Source: Chitinophaga pinensis (GTDB taxonomy: Bacteria > Bacteroidota > Bacteroidia > NS11-12g > UBA9320). Taken from it: a DNA stretch of 64,000 bases. Shown piece by piece: positions 46,472-56,104 of the stretch. Numbering within the stretch: the stretch's first letter is position 1; each line of letters begins with the position of its first letter. The position numbers and the translations under genes were made by a program. A model generated the notes under the pieces. It saw nothing but the letters and a program-made list of their open reading frames with translations. It made no database searches and was not told where the DNA came from. The DNA is taken from the NCBI GenBank assembly GCA_945897885.1, contig CAMDGU010000007.1, positions 6,796 through 70,795 on the forward strand. Reading direction: 5' to 3'.

Positions 46472-47509
46472 ATGCCCGAAAACAAAGACCTCCTCCAGAT
46501 AAAATTTACAGATTTACTGGCCTATGCCATCAAGTGGCGCAAGCATTTACTAATACTAGCAATTATTGCAATTGTAGTTTCAGCAGTGGTTACTATGCCA
46601 TTTATTATTAAACCAAAATACAAAGCCGAAGTAATTTTTTACCCAACCACTATCAATTCAATTGGAAATGCTTTGTTTACGGATTTGAACAAACGGGAGG
46701 CTGACCCCTTGGCTTTTGGAGAGGAATTGGAAGCTGAAAATGCGTTACAACTTTTGCAATCTTCAGCAATGACGGGAAGAATAGTTAAAGATTTTAACTT
46801 GATGGAGCATTACAATATTGACCCAAAAGGACGTCAAGCTAAAACTGAATTGGCCAATAAATTCAATAGTAATATTGAATTCAGACGTACCCGGTATTTA
46901 TCTATAGCTATTGACGTGCTTGACGAAGACCCTGTGATGGCTGCTAAAATTGCCAATGGAATTGCCGAAATTTATGATACCGTAAAAACTGAAATACAAA
47001 TGCAATTGGCAAAAGAAGCCTTCGTAATTATTGAAGGAGAATACCGTGCTAAAGAAAAGGAATTGACTGAAATTAGAAATAACCTTAAAAAATTAGCCGA
47101 AAACGGAGTAACCAATTTTGAAGAACAATCCCGTGCCTTGGCTGAAGAGATTGCTAAACTTCAATCCAAAGGTGGAAGCCCATCACAATTGCAAAAATTA
47201 AGAGAAGAACAAGCTTTGTTATCAAAATATGCCGGTGACTTTTTGTTTTATACTGAAAATTTAAAGTTAGAATTGGATGCTTTGGATAAATTGAGGACCC
47301 GCTATGAAAAAGCAAAAGTAGATGTGGATAAAACCATTACTCACAAATTTTTGCTTACCAGTGCTGATGTGCCTGAAATAAAGGCCTACCCCATTCGTAA
47401 AACTATTCTACTAATCAGCTTATTCGCTACTCTTTTTATAGGATTTTTGGCAATAATAGTTCTTGAAAAATACCGAGACTACAAAGCCGAAAAGCAACTT
47501 ACAGCATGA
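46472..47509 (+). CDS. polysaccharide chain-length determinant (Wzz/GumC-like) protein
   Basis: 345 aa. N-terminal TM helix, long coiled-coil periplasmic region, C-terminal TM helix (LLISLFATLFIGFLAIIVL). Confidence 0.55.
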   Translation: MPENKDLLQIKFTDLLAYAIKWRKHLLILAIIAIVVSAVVTMPFIIKPKYKAEVIFYPTTINSIGNALFTDLNKREADPLAFGEELEAENALQLLQSSAMTGRIVKDFNLMEHYNIDPKGRQAKTELANKFNSNIEFRRTRYLSIAIDVLDEDPVMAAKIANGIAEIYDTVKTEIQMQLAKEAFVIIEGEYRAKEKELTEIRNNLKKLAENGVTNFEEQSRALAEEIAKLQSKGGSPSQLQKLREEQALLSKYAGDFLFYTENLKLELDALDKLRTRYEKAKVDVDKTITHKFLLTSADVPEIKAYPIRKTILLISLFATLFIGFLAIIVLEKYRDYKAEKQLTA

Positions 47510-48945
47510 TTGCACAATTAAGCATAAAGTGGTTTTATGCCATTGGTATTGCTTTTTTAGCGTGTTTTTTAACGGGCGTTTATTTTAATAATCTTTATAT
47601 AGCAGTATTGCCAGCGGCATTCCTCTTTATTTGGTTGCTAATTACCCAAACCAAACAAATGCTTTTTTTTACAGTGTTTGCAGTGCCTTTAAGCATTCCT
47701 GTTAATGACATTGGTGGTGGGTTTGGAATGAGTTTCCCCACTGAACCAATTATTATTTTTGCTTTTTTTGGGGTAATTTTAAAGCTAATCAATGGCGCTA
47801 CTTTTGACAAAAAGTTATTATTTAGTGGCCTCAGCATTATCATTGGGGTTGATTTATTATGGACTTTTATCACCTCCATTTCAAGTTCTATGCCTTTGGT
47901 TTCATTTAAATTTTTATTATCCCGAACGTGGTATGTGGTTATTTTCTTTTTTCTTTTTGCCACTTTTTTCAAACAATCAAAAAGTATAAAATTATTCATC
48001 TGGTTGTTGGGCGTTTCGATAAGTTTATTGGCTGTATATACTATTTATAACCACTCCAAAGGTTCGTTTACCCGCGGATTTGCTTATGCTGCTATGCAAC
48101 CTTTTTTGCCCGACCACGGAATGTATGCCGCTTTGGTAGCTTTTTTAATTCCCCCATTTTTTGTATTTTCCGTATGGGGATTTTATTTAAAACAAGGTAT
48201 TCCGGCAAGGATTGTAGCTTTTTTAATTACACTTTTTTTAACGCTGGCCGTAATATTATCATACACCCGTGCGGCATGGCTTAGTTTGGTAGCATCTGCT
48301 GCGCTAATTGCAGCATTGCTATTGGGCATACGATTCAGAACCATTGTATTTGGAATAATTGCAGCGGCGAGCATTTATTTCTATATGCAAACTGATATTC
48401 AAACCCAGCTATCGCGCAATAAGCAAGGCTCGGATGATGATATTGAAGATCACGTTTCGTCCATTACCAACGTATCTACCGACCCATCCAATCTGGAACG
48501 ACTAAACCGCTGGAATTGTGCTTACCGCATGTTTCAGGAAAGGCCTTTAATGGGTTGGGGAGCAGGAACCTATGTATTTCAATATGCTCCGTTTCAGGTT
48601 TCCAGTGAGTTAACAATTATTAGTACACATTCAGGCGATTTAGGTAATGTGCATAGTGAATATTTACGGCCTCTATGCGAAACAGGTTTACCCGGAGCTC
48701 TGCTTTGGGTGTCTTTGGTTTTATACTCCCTGTATTTAGGTTTTAGAGTTTATAGAAAGGCACCTGATATGGAAGCCCGCTTTTTGGCTCTGGCATTGGT
48801 TTCGGGCATATCTACCTACTTTGTTCATGCTTTTTTAAATAATTACAGTGAATTTGATAAATTGGCTGTTCCCATGTGGGGGTTTATGGCAGCATTGGCG
48901 GCATTGAACGTTTATAAAATTAAAAATGATTTGGAAACGATTTAA
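47506..48945 (+). CDS. O-antigen ligase/polymerase-family membrane protein
   Basis: 479 aa, polytopic. SYTRAAWLSLVA loop typical of the Wzy_C / O-antigen ligase domain. Confidence 0.6.
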   Translation: MIAQLSIKWFYAIGIAFLACFLTGVYFNNLYIAVLPAAFLFIWLLITQTKQMLFFTVFAVPLSIPVNDIGGGFGMSFPTEPIIIFAFFGVILKLINGATFDKKLLFSGLSIIIGVDLLWTFITSISSSMPLVSFKFLLSRTWYVVIFFFLFATFFKQSKSIKLFIWLLGVSISLLAVYTIYNHSKGSFTRGFAYAAMQPFLPDHGMYAALVAFLIPPFFVFSVWGFYLKQGIPARIVAFLITLFLTLAVILSYTRAAWLSLVASAALIAALLLGIRFRTIVFGIIAAASIYFYMQTDIQTQLSRNKQGSDDDIEDHVSSITNVSTDPSNLERLNRWNCAYRMFQERPLMGWGAGTYVFQYAPFQVSSELTIISTHSGDLGNVHSEYLRPLCETGLPGALLWVSLVLYSLYLGFRVYRKAPDMEARFLALALVSGISTYFVHAFLNNYSEFDKLAVPMWGFMAALAALNVYKIKNDLETI

Positions 48946-49975
48946 AAAAAACAAACTGGCTGTTGGAGGTTTCATTTTTATGAGCCTTTGCGTGTTAGTT
49001 TCTGTTTTTGGATATCTGATAATTCCCGATCATACACCGGATGTAAATACAATGTATCCGGATTTAGCTTTAAAGAAACCGGGATTTCATTGCGATTATA
49101 TTAAAGTAAAAACCTCCGATCCTGCTCCTCAGCCTAATCTATTAATTAAAATTGCAAGTGGATGGAACTCCCCTTATGACTTGGTGCCAATAGACAGTGT
49201 TTGGACCAAAGCTGATTCGGTTTATTATATTCCTTTTGGCAATTCCTTAATACAGTCCACTCCCAAATCGGCTCTTTTTGATTCTGCAAACAATAAACTA
49301 TCGCGAACCAGCCTGATGGGAACCGACCGCTATGGCCGAGACCTCTTTAGTCGCCTATTGATAGGAGCCCGAGTTTCCATAGCTGTGGGTATGGTGGCGG
49401 TAGTTATTTCGGTTATCATTGGGTTATTGATGGGTTTGCTGGCAGGGTTTTACCGGGGATGGGTTGATGGACTAATTATGTGGTTGATTAATATTATCTG
49501 GTCGTTGCCCACCCTAATGTTTATTATTGCTTTAACTTTTGCTATAGGCAAGGGATTTTGGCAAATATTTGTAGCCGTTGGGCTTACCACCTGGGTAGAA
49601 CTGGCCCGTATTGTGCGTGGTCAGGTGTTTTCCATCCGCGAAATGGAATACATACAGGCCGCCAAAATTTTAGGCTTTAAAGATTTTAGAATTCTTATAA
49701 AACACATTCTTCCTAATATTTGGGGAACAGTAATTATTATGTCGGTAGCTAATTTTGCTTCTGCTATTCTGCTGGAAGCAGGGCTTAGTTTCCTAGGGCA
49801 GGGCTTGCAACCCCCCACTCCCAGTTTGGGCCAAATGATTAAGGAAAATTATGCCTTTATTGTGTTTGATGCTTCCCACCTGGCCATATTTCCCGGCTTG
49901 ATGATTGCCTTACTGGTAATGAGTGTAAATTTTATTGGCAACGGATTAAGGGATGCCTTTGATGTGAATGAATAA
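48926..49975 (+). CDS. ABC transporter permease, OppC/DppC family
   Basis: 349 aa. EAA-like loop (QAAKILGFKDFRILIKHILPN) and six-TM ABC inner-membrane component. No cognate ATPase or binding protein nearby. Confidence 0.65.
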   Translation: MIWKRFKKNKLAVGGFIFMSLCVLVSVFGYLIIPDHTPDVNTMYPDLALKKPGFHCDYIKVKTSDPAPQPNLLIKIASGWNSPYDLVPIDSVWTKADSVYYIPFGNSLIQSTPKSALFDSANNKLSRTSLMGTDRYGRDLFSRLLIGARVSIAVGMVAVVISVIIGLLMGLLAGFYRGWVDGLIMWLINIIWSLPTLMFIIALTFAIGKGFWQIFVAVGLTTWVELARIVRGQVFSIREMEYIQAAKILGFKDFRILIKHILPNIWGTVIIMSVANFASAILLEAGLSFLGQGLQPPTPSLGQMIKENYAFIVFDASHLAIFPGLMIALLVMSVNFIGNGLRDAFDVNE

Positions 49976-50126
49976 CTGGTAGCATTGGCTAGTTTTGGTT
50001 AAAGCATTACAATTATGAGACCTATATACTAATTGGTGTCAAATGTAACAAGACCCATAACTGAATCCTAAATGACTTAATATTGCTTATAAATTCAATT
50101 TTTAAACCCTTTTTTAAACAAAAAAC

Positions 50127-50999
50127 ATGAATAAAACACCGTTTTCTAAGATTATTGCCGGAACTATGACATGGGGTGTTTGGGGTAAAAATTATAACAC
50201 CATGCAAATGATTGAATTGATGAATTGTTGTTTAGAAAACAAAATTACCACATTTGACCATGCAGATATTTATGGCAATTATGCGACCGAATCCGCTTTT
50301 GGAAAAGCATTTATCGAGAGTAAAATCGACAGAAACGAAATCCAAATAATTTCTAAGTGTGGCATTCAATTGGAATCAGAAATCAGAAAAAATGCAATTA
50401 AACATTATGACTATTCCACGCCTTATATTATATCGTCGGTTGAACAATCGTTGAGGAATTTACAAACTGATTATTTGGATTTACTTCTGTTGCATCGCCC
50501 AAGTCCATTAATGCAAGTAGATAAAATTACTGAAGCAATCGAAAAACTTAAACGTGACGGAAAAATCTTAGATTTTGGAGTTTCAAATTTTACGCCATTG
50601 CAAACGGATTTGGTTCAGACTAAAATCAAAATCAATTACAATCAAATTAGGTTTTCAATCACTCACTTTGGAGCAATGCTCGATGGAAGTTTAGACCATA
50701 TGCAAACCAATAATATCACTCCCATGAGTTGGTCTCCATTGGGAAGTGTTTTTAAAAATGACGATGAACAGGCTCATCGTGTAAAACAATTGGCTACAAA
50801 ATTTTCTTTAAAATACGGTATTCCCATTGATATCATTCTGCTTGCATGGATTTTAAAACATCCATCTAAAATTTTACCGGTTTGCGGTACATCCAACCTT
50901 TCAAGAATAGCCAATTTAATGACAGCAACGACTGTTGAAATGGAATTACAAGATTGGTTTGCTCTTTGGTCAGCGAGTGCAGGTGTTCCTGTTCCATAA
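50127..50999 (+). CDS. aldo/keto reductase
   Basis: 290 aa. TFDHADIYGNY, LLLHRP, DFGVSNF. Confidence 0.75.
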   Translation: MNKTPFSKIIAGTMTWGVWGKNYNTMQMIELMNCCLENKITTFDHADIYGNYATESAFGKAFIESKIDRNEIQIISKCGIQLESEIRKNAIKHYDYSTPYIISSVEQSLRNLQTDYLDLLLLHRPSPLMQVDKITEAIEKLKRDGKILDFGVSNFTPLQTDLVQTKIKINYNQIRFSITHFGAMLDGSLDHMQTNNITPMSWSPLGSVFKNDDEQAHRVKQLATKFSLKYGIPIDIILLAWILKHPSKILPVCGTSNLSRIANLMTATTVEMELQDWFALWSASAGVPVP

Positions 51000-51240
51000 T
51001 TTTAAAACTATTAAATTGTTTTTTGTAAACATCATTGACAATTTTTCGCTGGACAAAAAACACCTGCCACCTGCATGGGCTGACTCAATACTTGTTTGCC
51101 TTTTGTGAAAGTGCATCTTTACATATACTTTTGTTCCGGGTGGAAAGTTTTGCAGTTTCTTTGGCTGCAATGCGCAAGCTACCAACCGCTAGATAACATG
51201 TTGACGTTCCTTCAAAAAAAATTAATTAGGTAATTAAAAA

Positions 51241-51690
51241 ATGTTTACCCTTCAACGAACAAATTCAAATAACCCCGATTTTCAGAATTTAGTGACGGAT
51301 TTGGATATCTATTTGGCCATTCAGGATGGGGCAGAGCATTCCTTTTATGCTCAATTTAATAAAATAGATACAATAAAACATGTGGTGGTGGTGTATGAAA
51401 ACAACATGCCTGTTGGGTGCGGTGCTATAAAGAAATACATGAATACCACCATGGAAATAAAAAGAATGTTTGTGGTACCTGAAAAACGAAACCAGGGAAT
51501 TGCCTCCACTATTTTAAAAGAATTAGAAACCTGGGCAGGTGAGTTAAATTTTCAAAAGTGTATTTTGGAAACAGGGAAAAAACAGACGGAAGCCATAAAA
51601 CTATACCTAAGAAATAACTATACCATTATAGCTAACTATGGTCAATATGCCGCAGTGGAAAACAGTGTTTGCTTTAAAAAGGAACTGTAA
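51241..51690 (+). CDS. GNAT family N-acetyltransferase
   Basis: 149 aa. Acetyl-CoA motif A in RMFVVPEKRNQGIASTIL. Confidence 0.7.
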   Translation: MFTLQRTNSNNPDFQNLVTDLDIYLAIQDGAEHSFYAQFNKIDTIKHVVVVYENNMPVGCGAIKKYMNTTMEIKRMFVVPEKRNQGIASTILKELETWAGELNFQKCILETGKKQTEAIKLYLRNNYTIIANYGQYAAVENSVCFKKEL

Positions 51691-51705
51691 TCCCTTTTGG
51701 ATTCA

Positions 51706-54102
51706 TTACTTTTTTACTACAAACTTCTGCGAAACCGAACCCACCGTATGGGTAACATTAATGAAATAAATACCCTGACTGAGGTGAGGTAAATCAATTT
51801 GGGTGCTTGGTGCAGCTTGTATGTCTTTGGTAAAAAGTATTTGACCGGCCATATCAAATACCTCCACTTTTTTAATAAGATAGGGTGAAAATTGAACCGT
51901 AATTTTTTCAGTAACTGCAGGATTGGGGAAAATTATTAATGTACCATTTTTACCTCCAGGCACAGGATTTGTCCGTTTAATAATTTTAGTTTCTACCTTG
52001 TTAGTAATTACAGCATCCTGAAAATCAAAATATATGGACGCTTGGTTGCTAATTACATTTCCGACTTTTAAACCCGGAGCCATAAATGTGTTGTAGGTTA
52101 TAAACCCGCTGCTCGGTTCATCACCTGCTGTGGATTTGGAAGGCAAATAAATTTCTTTAAAACTCCAGATTATGGCATGATTTCGCACTTTGAAAGACAC
52201 CTTATTTTGATGGGCTTCAGCATATCCCTTCATTTTAATATATTGAATAGGTAACCTTGGGTCAATGGTATCCACAATATGAATATTAACTGCACTATCA
52301 TTCCCTAAATTTTGAAATTGAATATGATAATTCAACTGACTTTCACCTTCCTCTATTTCATACGTATTGCATTGCTTTTCATTGGGGTCGTAGGCTGAGG
52401 TAACGGTTTGATTCAAAACCCTTTTTTCTGCATCACTAGAAACAGAAGCCCCGGTTAAAATAAATTTAAGATTGTCACCTACATTTACTTTATCATGATT
52501 CACCAAAAAATTTAAACGAATTTTCTCATCTTTATTCAGTACCCATCTCACAGCGCTGCTATCTATGTAGCTTGGCGCTATATCTGAATTAACGAAAGAC
52601 AGCCTCTTATCAAAATCCAATTGAATTGTAAGCGGATACAATTCAGATTGTGAATTGTGACGAATAGTATAGGCCGAAGTATAGCCATGTCTTGCTTTAA
52701 AACCTGAAGCTGAACTAATTTCAAATTTGGGTAATTGAGGGGAAGGGTTCGTGTTTAAAGGAAAATTGAGTTGAATAAAGCTATCTTTATTTGTGGTATT
52801 TATTTCAATCGTTTCGCTTCGGCATAAAGACGTATACAATTCTCGAGGAAAAACTTTTAGTATATATTTCATATTTTCATCCAGCACAAAATTATAATTA
52901 CCCAAGCTATCGGTGCTGGTGTAATAAGAATCATTCACATTTAGAATAACATTTTCAATCGGCTTATCACCCAATTCGTATTTACAATTCTTTACATTAT
53001 CAATAAAAACATTTCCTGAAACGATGGTTTTACCAGGAAATAATCGGATACTATTAAAAACTTCTTTCCCCAAAAAGGAAGTTATTTTGCTGCTAAAAAT
53101 TAATTCATTTTCTCTTGAAGTAATGGAATACATAGTTTCGGCTGCCGGTAAAATATCTGATTGGCTAATAACCGATTGCCATTGTAACCCATCCCACACT
53201 ATCAAATGTGAGGTTATGCCTTTGGAGTTTTTAAAGGCTCCTGCCAAATACAGTTTGCCTTCAAATTCTAAAGCATTACCCAATCTTACAATTTCATAAT
53301 TCCATTGATTGGAAAGAAATTTCCAACCGGAAAGTGTTCTTAAAAAAACCTGATTATTAGTAATGGCTACCAAACTGGTATCATATGACGACAAGCCTTG
53401 TATTTCGCCAGCTAACGGGAAAGCTACAGGATACCAAATGCCTTTATAATTAGCAGCCAAATTGGTGGTTGCTTTTCCATCAATTTGATTGAATAAACCT
53501 GCCGCATACAAGGTATCTTCAAGTAACTGCAAATCATTTATTGTTCCTTTACTGGTTTCAATATTTCTCCAAATACCCGATTGCAATACCACAAAATTAT
53601 GAACCGGATTGCCTCCGGCTATATTAAATTGCCCGCAAACAAAAAGGTTGTCATTATACGAAACCATATCAGAAATCGAAATTTCATTGTGTACTACAAA
53701 ATCCGATTCAATGCCGCCAGCCACTGTTTCCCAAGCCACTCCATTCCATTTTACAATACCTGTTTTCGATTTATCATCAGATTTAAATGACCCTGCTATG
53801 TAAGGTTTATTTTGATGAAAGGTTATTGCAAATTTATTATCAGGAGAAAAGACAAACTGTTCCAGTAATATACTTGGGTAAGTGGCCCAAAATTGTCCGT
53901 TCCACTTGCTTAGTTCTACTGTAGATTGTCTAAAACCAATATCAGATGTTGCTTGCAATGCAAAAAAGCCTTTTTCAAAACTATAGGTAGCAATGGGTGG
54001 TAATTTGAGCTGCTCATCCATTGGTAACCAAGCTATTTGACCAACTACGTTTTGGGCGCAAAACATATTTAAAAATACAATCAGCCCTAATACTTTTTTC
54101 AT
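51706..54102 (-). CDS. T9SS-secreted protein with a type A C-terminal sorting domain
   Basis: 798 aa. Signal peptide, repeat-rich beta-propeller-like N-terminal region, CarboxypepD_reg-like segment, C-terminal IFPNPAVTEKITVQF...GIYFINVTH tail. Confidence 0.6.
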   Translation of the reverse strand: MKKVLGLIVFLNMFCAQNVVGQIAWLPMDEQLKLPPIATYSFEKGFFALQATSDIGFRQSTVELSKWNGQFWATYPSILLEQFVFSPDNKFAITFHQNKPYIAGSFKSDDKSKTGIVKWNGVAWETVAGGIESDFVVHNEISISDMVSYNDNLFVCGQFNIAGGNPVHNFVVLQSGIWRNIETSKGTINDLQLLEDTLYAAGLFNQIDGKATTNLAANYKGIWYPVAFPLAGEIQGLSSYDTSLVAITNNQVFLRTLSGWKFLSNQWNYEIVRLGNALEFEGKLYLAGAFKNSKGITSHLIVWDGLQWQSVISQSDILPAAETMYSITSRENELIFSSKITSFLGKEVFNSIRLFPGKTIVSGNVFIDNVKNCKYELGDKPIENVILNVNDSYYTSTDSLGNYNFVLDENMKYILKVFPRELYTSLCRSETIEINTTNKDSFIQLNFPLNTNPSPQLPKFEISSASGFKARHGYTSAYTIRHNSQSELYPLTIQLDFDKRLSFVNSDIAPSYIDSSAVRWVLNKDEKIRLNFLVNHDKVNVGDNLKFILTGASVSSDAEKRVLNQTVTSAYDPNEKQCNTYEIEEGESQLNYHIQFQNLGNDSAVNIHIVDTIDPRLPIQYIKMKGYAEAHQNKVSFKVRNHAIIWSFKEIYLPSKSTAGDEPSSGFITYNTFMAPGLKVGNVISNQASIYFDFQDAVITNKVETKIIKRTNPVPGGKNGTLIIFPNPAVTEKITVQFSPYLIKKVEVFDMAGQILFTKDIQAAPSTQIDLPHLSQGIYFINVTHTVGSVSQKFVVKK

Positions 54103-55355
54103 AATGCTTTTCTATAATTAAGATTGATACCCCAATATGAATAATTGGTTTTATAATACGATTGGATTTGACTAAAACCCATTCCCTTTCTGTATTCCGG
54201 CATTAGAATTAAACTGGAGCCGGCATTAATTTTATAGTGCAATTGCAGCCCGGCTTGTAATGATGAGGTTCTGATTTTGAAATTTTCAGTGGTCATATTT
54301 TCCCGCTCATCAAGAAAAACGGCATTGGGTAATTGCCCATGTATACTGCTTAAAAACTGGTTGAAATAACTAAATCTTACCCCTGCCCCAAACTTTTCTC
54401 TATCAATAAAAAGGTATTGAATATTTACCGGAACCTCAATAAATGAAAGCTTTTGCTTTGATGTAAATTGAATATTTACCGAACTGGACTGGAAATAGTT
54501 TTCTATTTTTCCATCCACATCTATCACAGGTTTTTCTGAATAGTTAAAATTATAATTGCCCTTGATATTAAAATTTGACACCCCAAATCCAATTCCATAA
54601 CTCCAGCGTTTCACGGTTCTTCCTAAGGATAATTGCAAGTTATATCCCGATTCAGCAGTTTCCGATAATTTACGAATACCTCCATAATCCTTATGTATAA
54701 AGCTTTTGCCCGCTTCTGAAACCTTGAAATTTGGAATATTTAACGATGGACCGGCTTGAATTTCCCAGTAAAGCTTTAAATTTTTAACAGGAAACACAGG
54801 ATAGAGCAATGTATTTTGAGGTGCCTTTTCGGCGGTGTACAATGGTTTTATAAAAGTAAAAACGGTAACTAATTTCTTGCTTGCCATGTTAATTGCATCC
54901 CCTGATGAATTCTTTTCCTCATTACCACCCTTAACAGAATCCGTTTGCAAATAGACAGTTTTTATTTCTTTAATTTTTGAGGATGGTATTGGCTCGGCTA
55001 TTTGTTTTGTTTTTGATTTACCTGCATAGCCTTCAGGTGCTTCATTGCTTGTAGCTATTGATGAGGGTGGAACAGCGGCAGTGTCTGTAATAGTGGCTGC
55101 AATAGACGCTTTACTAGGATTAGACAATACAGTGTAACCCGGTTTACTGTTTTTTTCGTTGTCGGTAAAATCATTTAACAAAAGAGATAAACCGACTAAA
55201 GCACCCAACCCAAAGAATGAAAATAACCAAAACACAATCCTTTTCCTTCTGCGTTTTTTATTAAACGCATTCCAGTCGATTCCTGTTTCATCCATTGAGG
55301 CATCGCTCAGTTGGCTGAAGAGGAGTTGGTCAATATCGTTATGTTTGTCTTCCAA
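54099..55355 (-). CDS. anti-sigma-like membrane protein with a C-terminal beta-barrel-like domain (hypothetical)
   Basis: 418 aa. ~40-aa cytoplasmic N-terminus, TM helix (IVFWLFSFFGLGALVGLSLLL), Ser/Thr/Pro-rich linker, then ~230 aa with alternating-residue strands ending ...WGINLNYRKAL. 4-bp overlaps with both neighbouring genes. Confidence 0.4.
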   Translation of the reverse strand: MEDKHNDIDQLLFSQLSDASMDETGIDWNAFNKKRRRKRIVFWLFSFFGLGALVGLSLLLNDFTDNEKNSKPGYTVLSNPSKASIAATITDTAAVPPSSIATSNEAPEGYAGKSKTKQIAEPIPSSKIKEIKTVYLQTDSVKGGNEEKNSSGDAINMASKKLVTVFTFIKPLYTAEKAPQNTLLYPVFPVKNLKLYWEIQAGPSLNIPNFKVSEAGKSFIHKDYGGIRKLSETAESGYNLQLSLGRTVKRWSYGIGFGVSNFNIKGNYNFNYSEKPVIDVDGKIENYFQSSSVNIQFTSKQKLSFIEVPVNIQYLFIDREKFGAGVRFSYFNQFLSSIHGQLPNAVFLDERENMTTENFKIRTSSLQAGLQLHYKINAGSSLILMPEYRKGMGFSQIQSYYKTNYSYWGINLNYRKAL

Positions 55356-55916
55356 TTAGTGTTTACCTTTAAGTAAAATTGCCTTTAAAGCATTTCGTGC
55401 CCGCATCAGCTTTGACCGGGATGTAGAATGACTTATTCCCAGTTTATCGGCTATTTCCAAATGATTAAATTTTTCGATCGCATACATGTTTATAATAATT
55501 CTATAATCGGGCTTTAATTTATTTAGTGCATCCATTAAATCTGATATTTCAAACTGTCCGGCGTTGTTAAAAACAATTGTATCCGATTCATATAACGCTT
55601 CATCACTTATATACTCATTAAAATCTGATTCGTATTTAATATACTTTTTGTAGGCCGATTTAAGATAATCAATGCAGTGATTTGTAAACAGCCGTTTTAT
55701 CCATCCTTCAAATTTTTCTGCAGAATCCACCTGTTTTATTTTATCAAACATTTTTATAAACCCATCCTGCAATATATCTTTGGCTTCATCCCTATCCCCC
55801 GAATATCTTAAACAAATGGCATACATCTTTTTATAATACTGCTCGTATATTATTTTTTTGCACCTATGATCATTATGCACACAGCCTTTTATTATTTCCT
55901 CCGAAACCTCATCCAC
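55356..55916 (-). CDS. RNA polymerase ECF-type sigma-70 factor
   Basis: 186 aa. Region 2 (DEAKDILQDGFIKMF) and region 4 (LEIADKLGISHSTSRSKLMRARNALK). Confidence 0.75.
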   Translation of the reverse strand: MDEVSEEIIKGCVHNDHRCKKIIYEQYYKKMYAICLRYSGDRDEAKDILQDGFIKMFDKIKQVDSAEKFEGWIKRLFTNHCIDYLKSAYKKYIKYESDFNEYISDEALYESDTIVFNNAGQFEISDLMDALNKLKPDYRIIINMYAIEKFNHLEIADKLGISHSTSRSKLMRARNALKAILLKGKH

Positions 55917-56002
55917 TGTTTAATTCTCCTTATTTGGCATTTTTGACCTTAGATTTGTATCCCGTTTAAACACTTACCATATATTTGCCTTTATTAATAT
56001 TA

Positions 56003-56080
56003 AAGACGAGGCATGAAGGCTAGTGTTGCAGTAAAAAATAAAAAAAATAAAAGTGCAACACTCTTAAATTCCTTCGTCTT
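56003..56080. promoter_or_regulatory. 78-bp two-stem hairpin in a divergent promoter region
   Basis: aagacga...agtgttgca-[AT-rich loop]-tgcaacact...tcgtctt. 7-bp outer stem and 9-bp inner stem. Confidence 0.35.
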
Positions 56081-56104
56081 AACTGCAAACAAATCAAACA
56101 AATT

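Noticed and set aside
48926-49975. OppC-like permease as a gliding-motility ABC component
   Set aside because: The gliding ABC transporter GldAFG belongs to the ABC-2 type and not to the Opp/Dpp type. No basis for that call.
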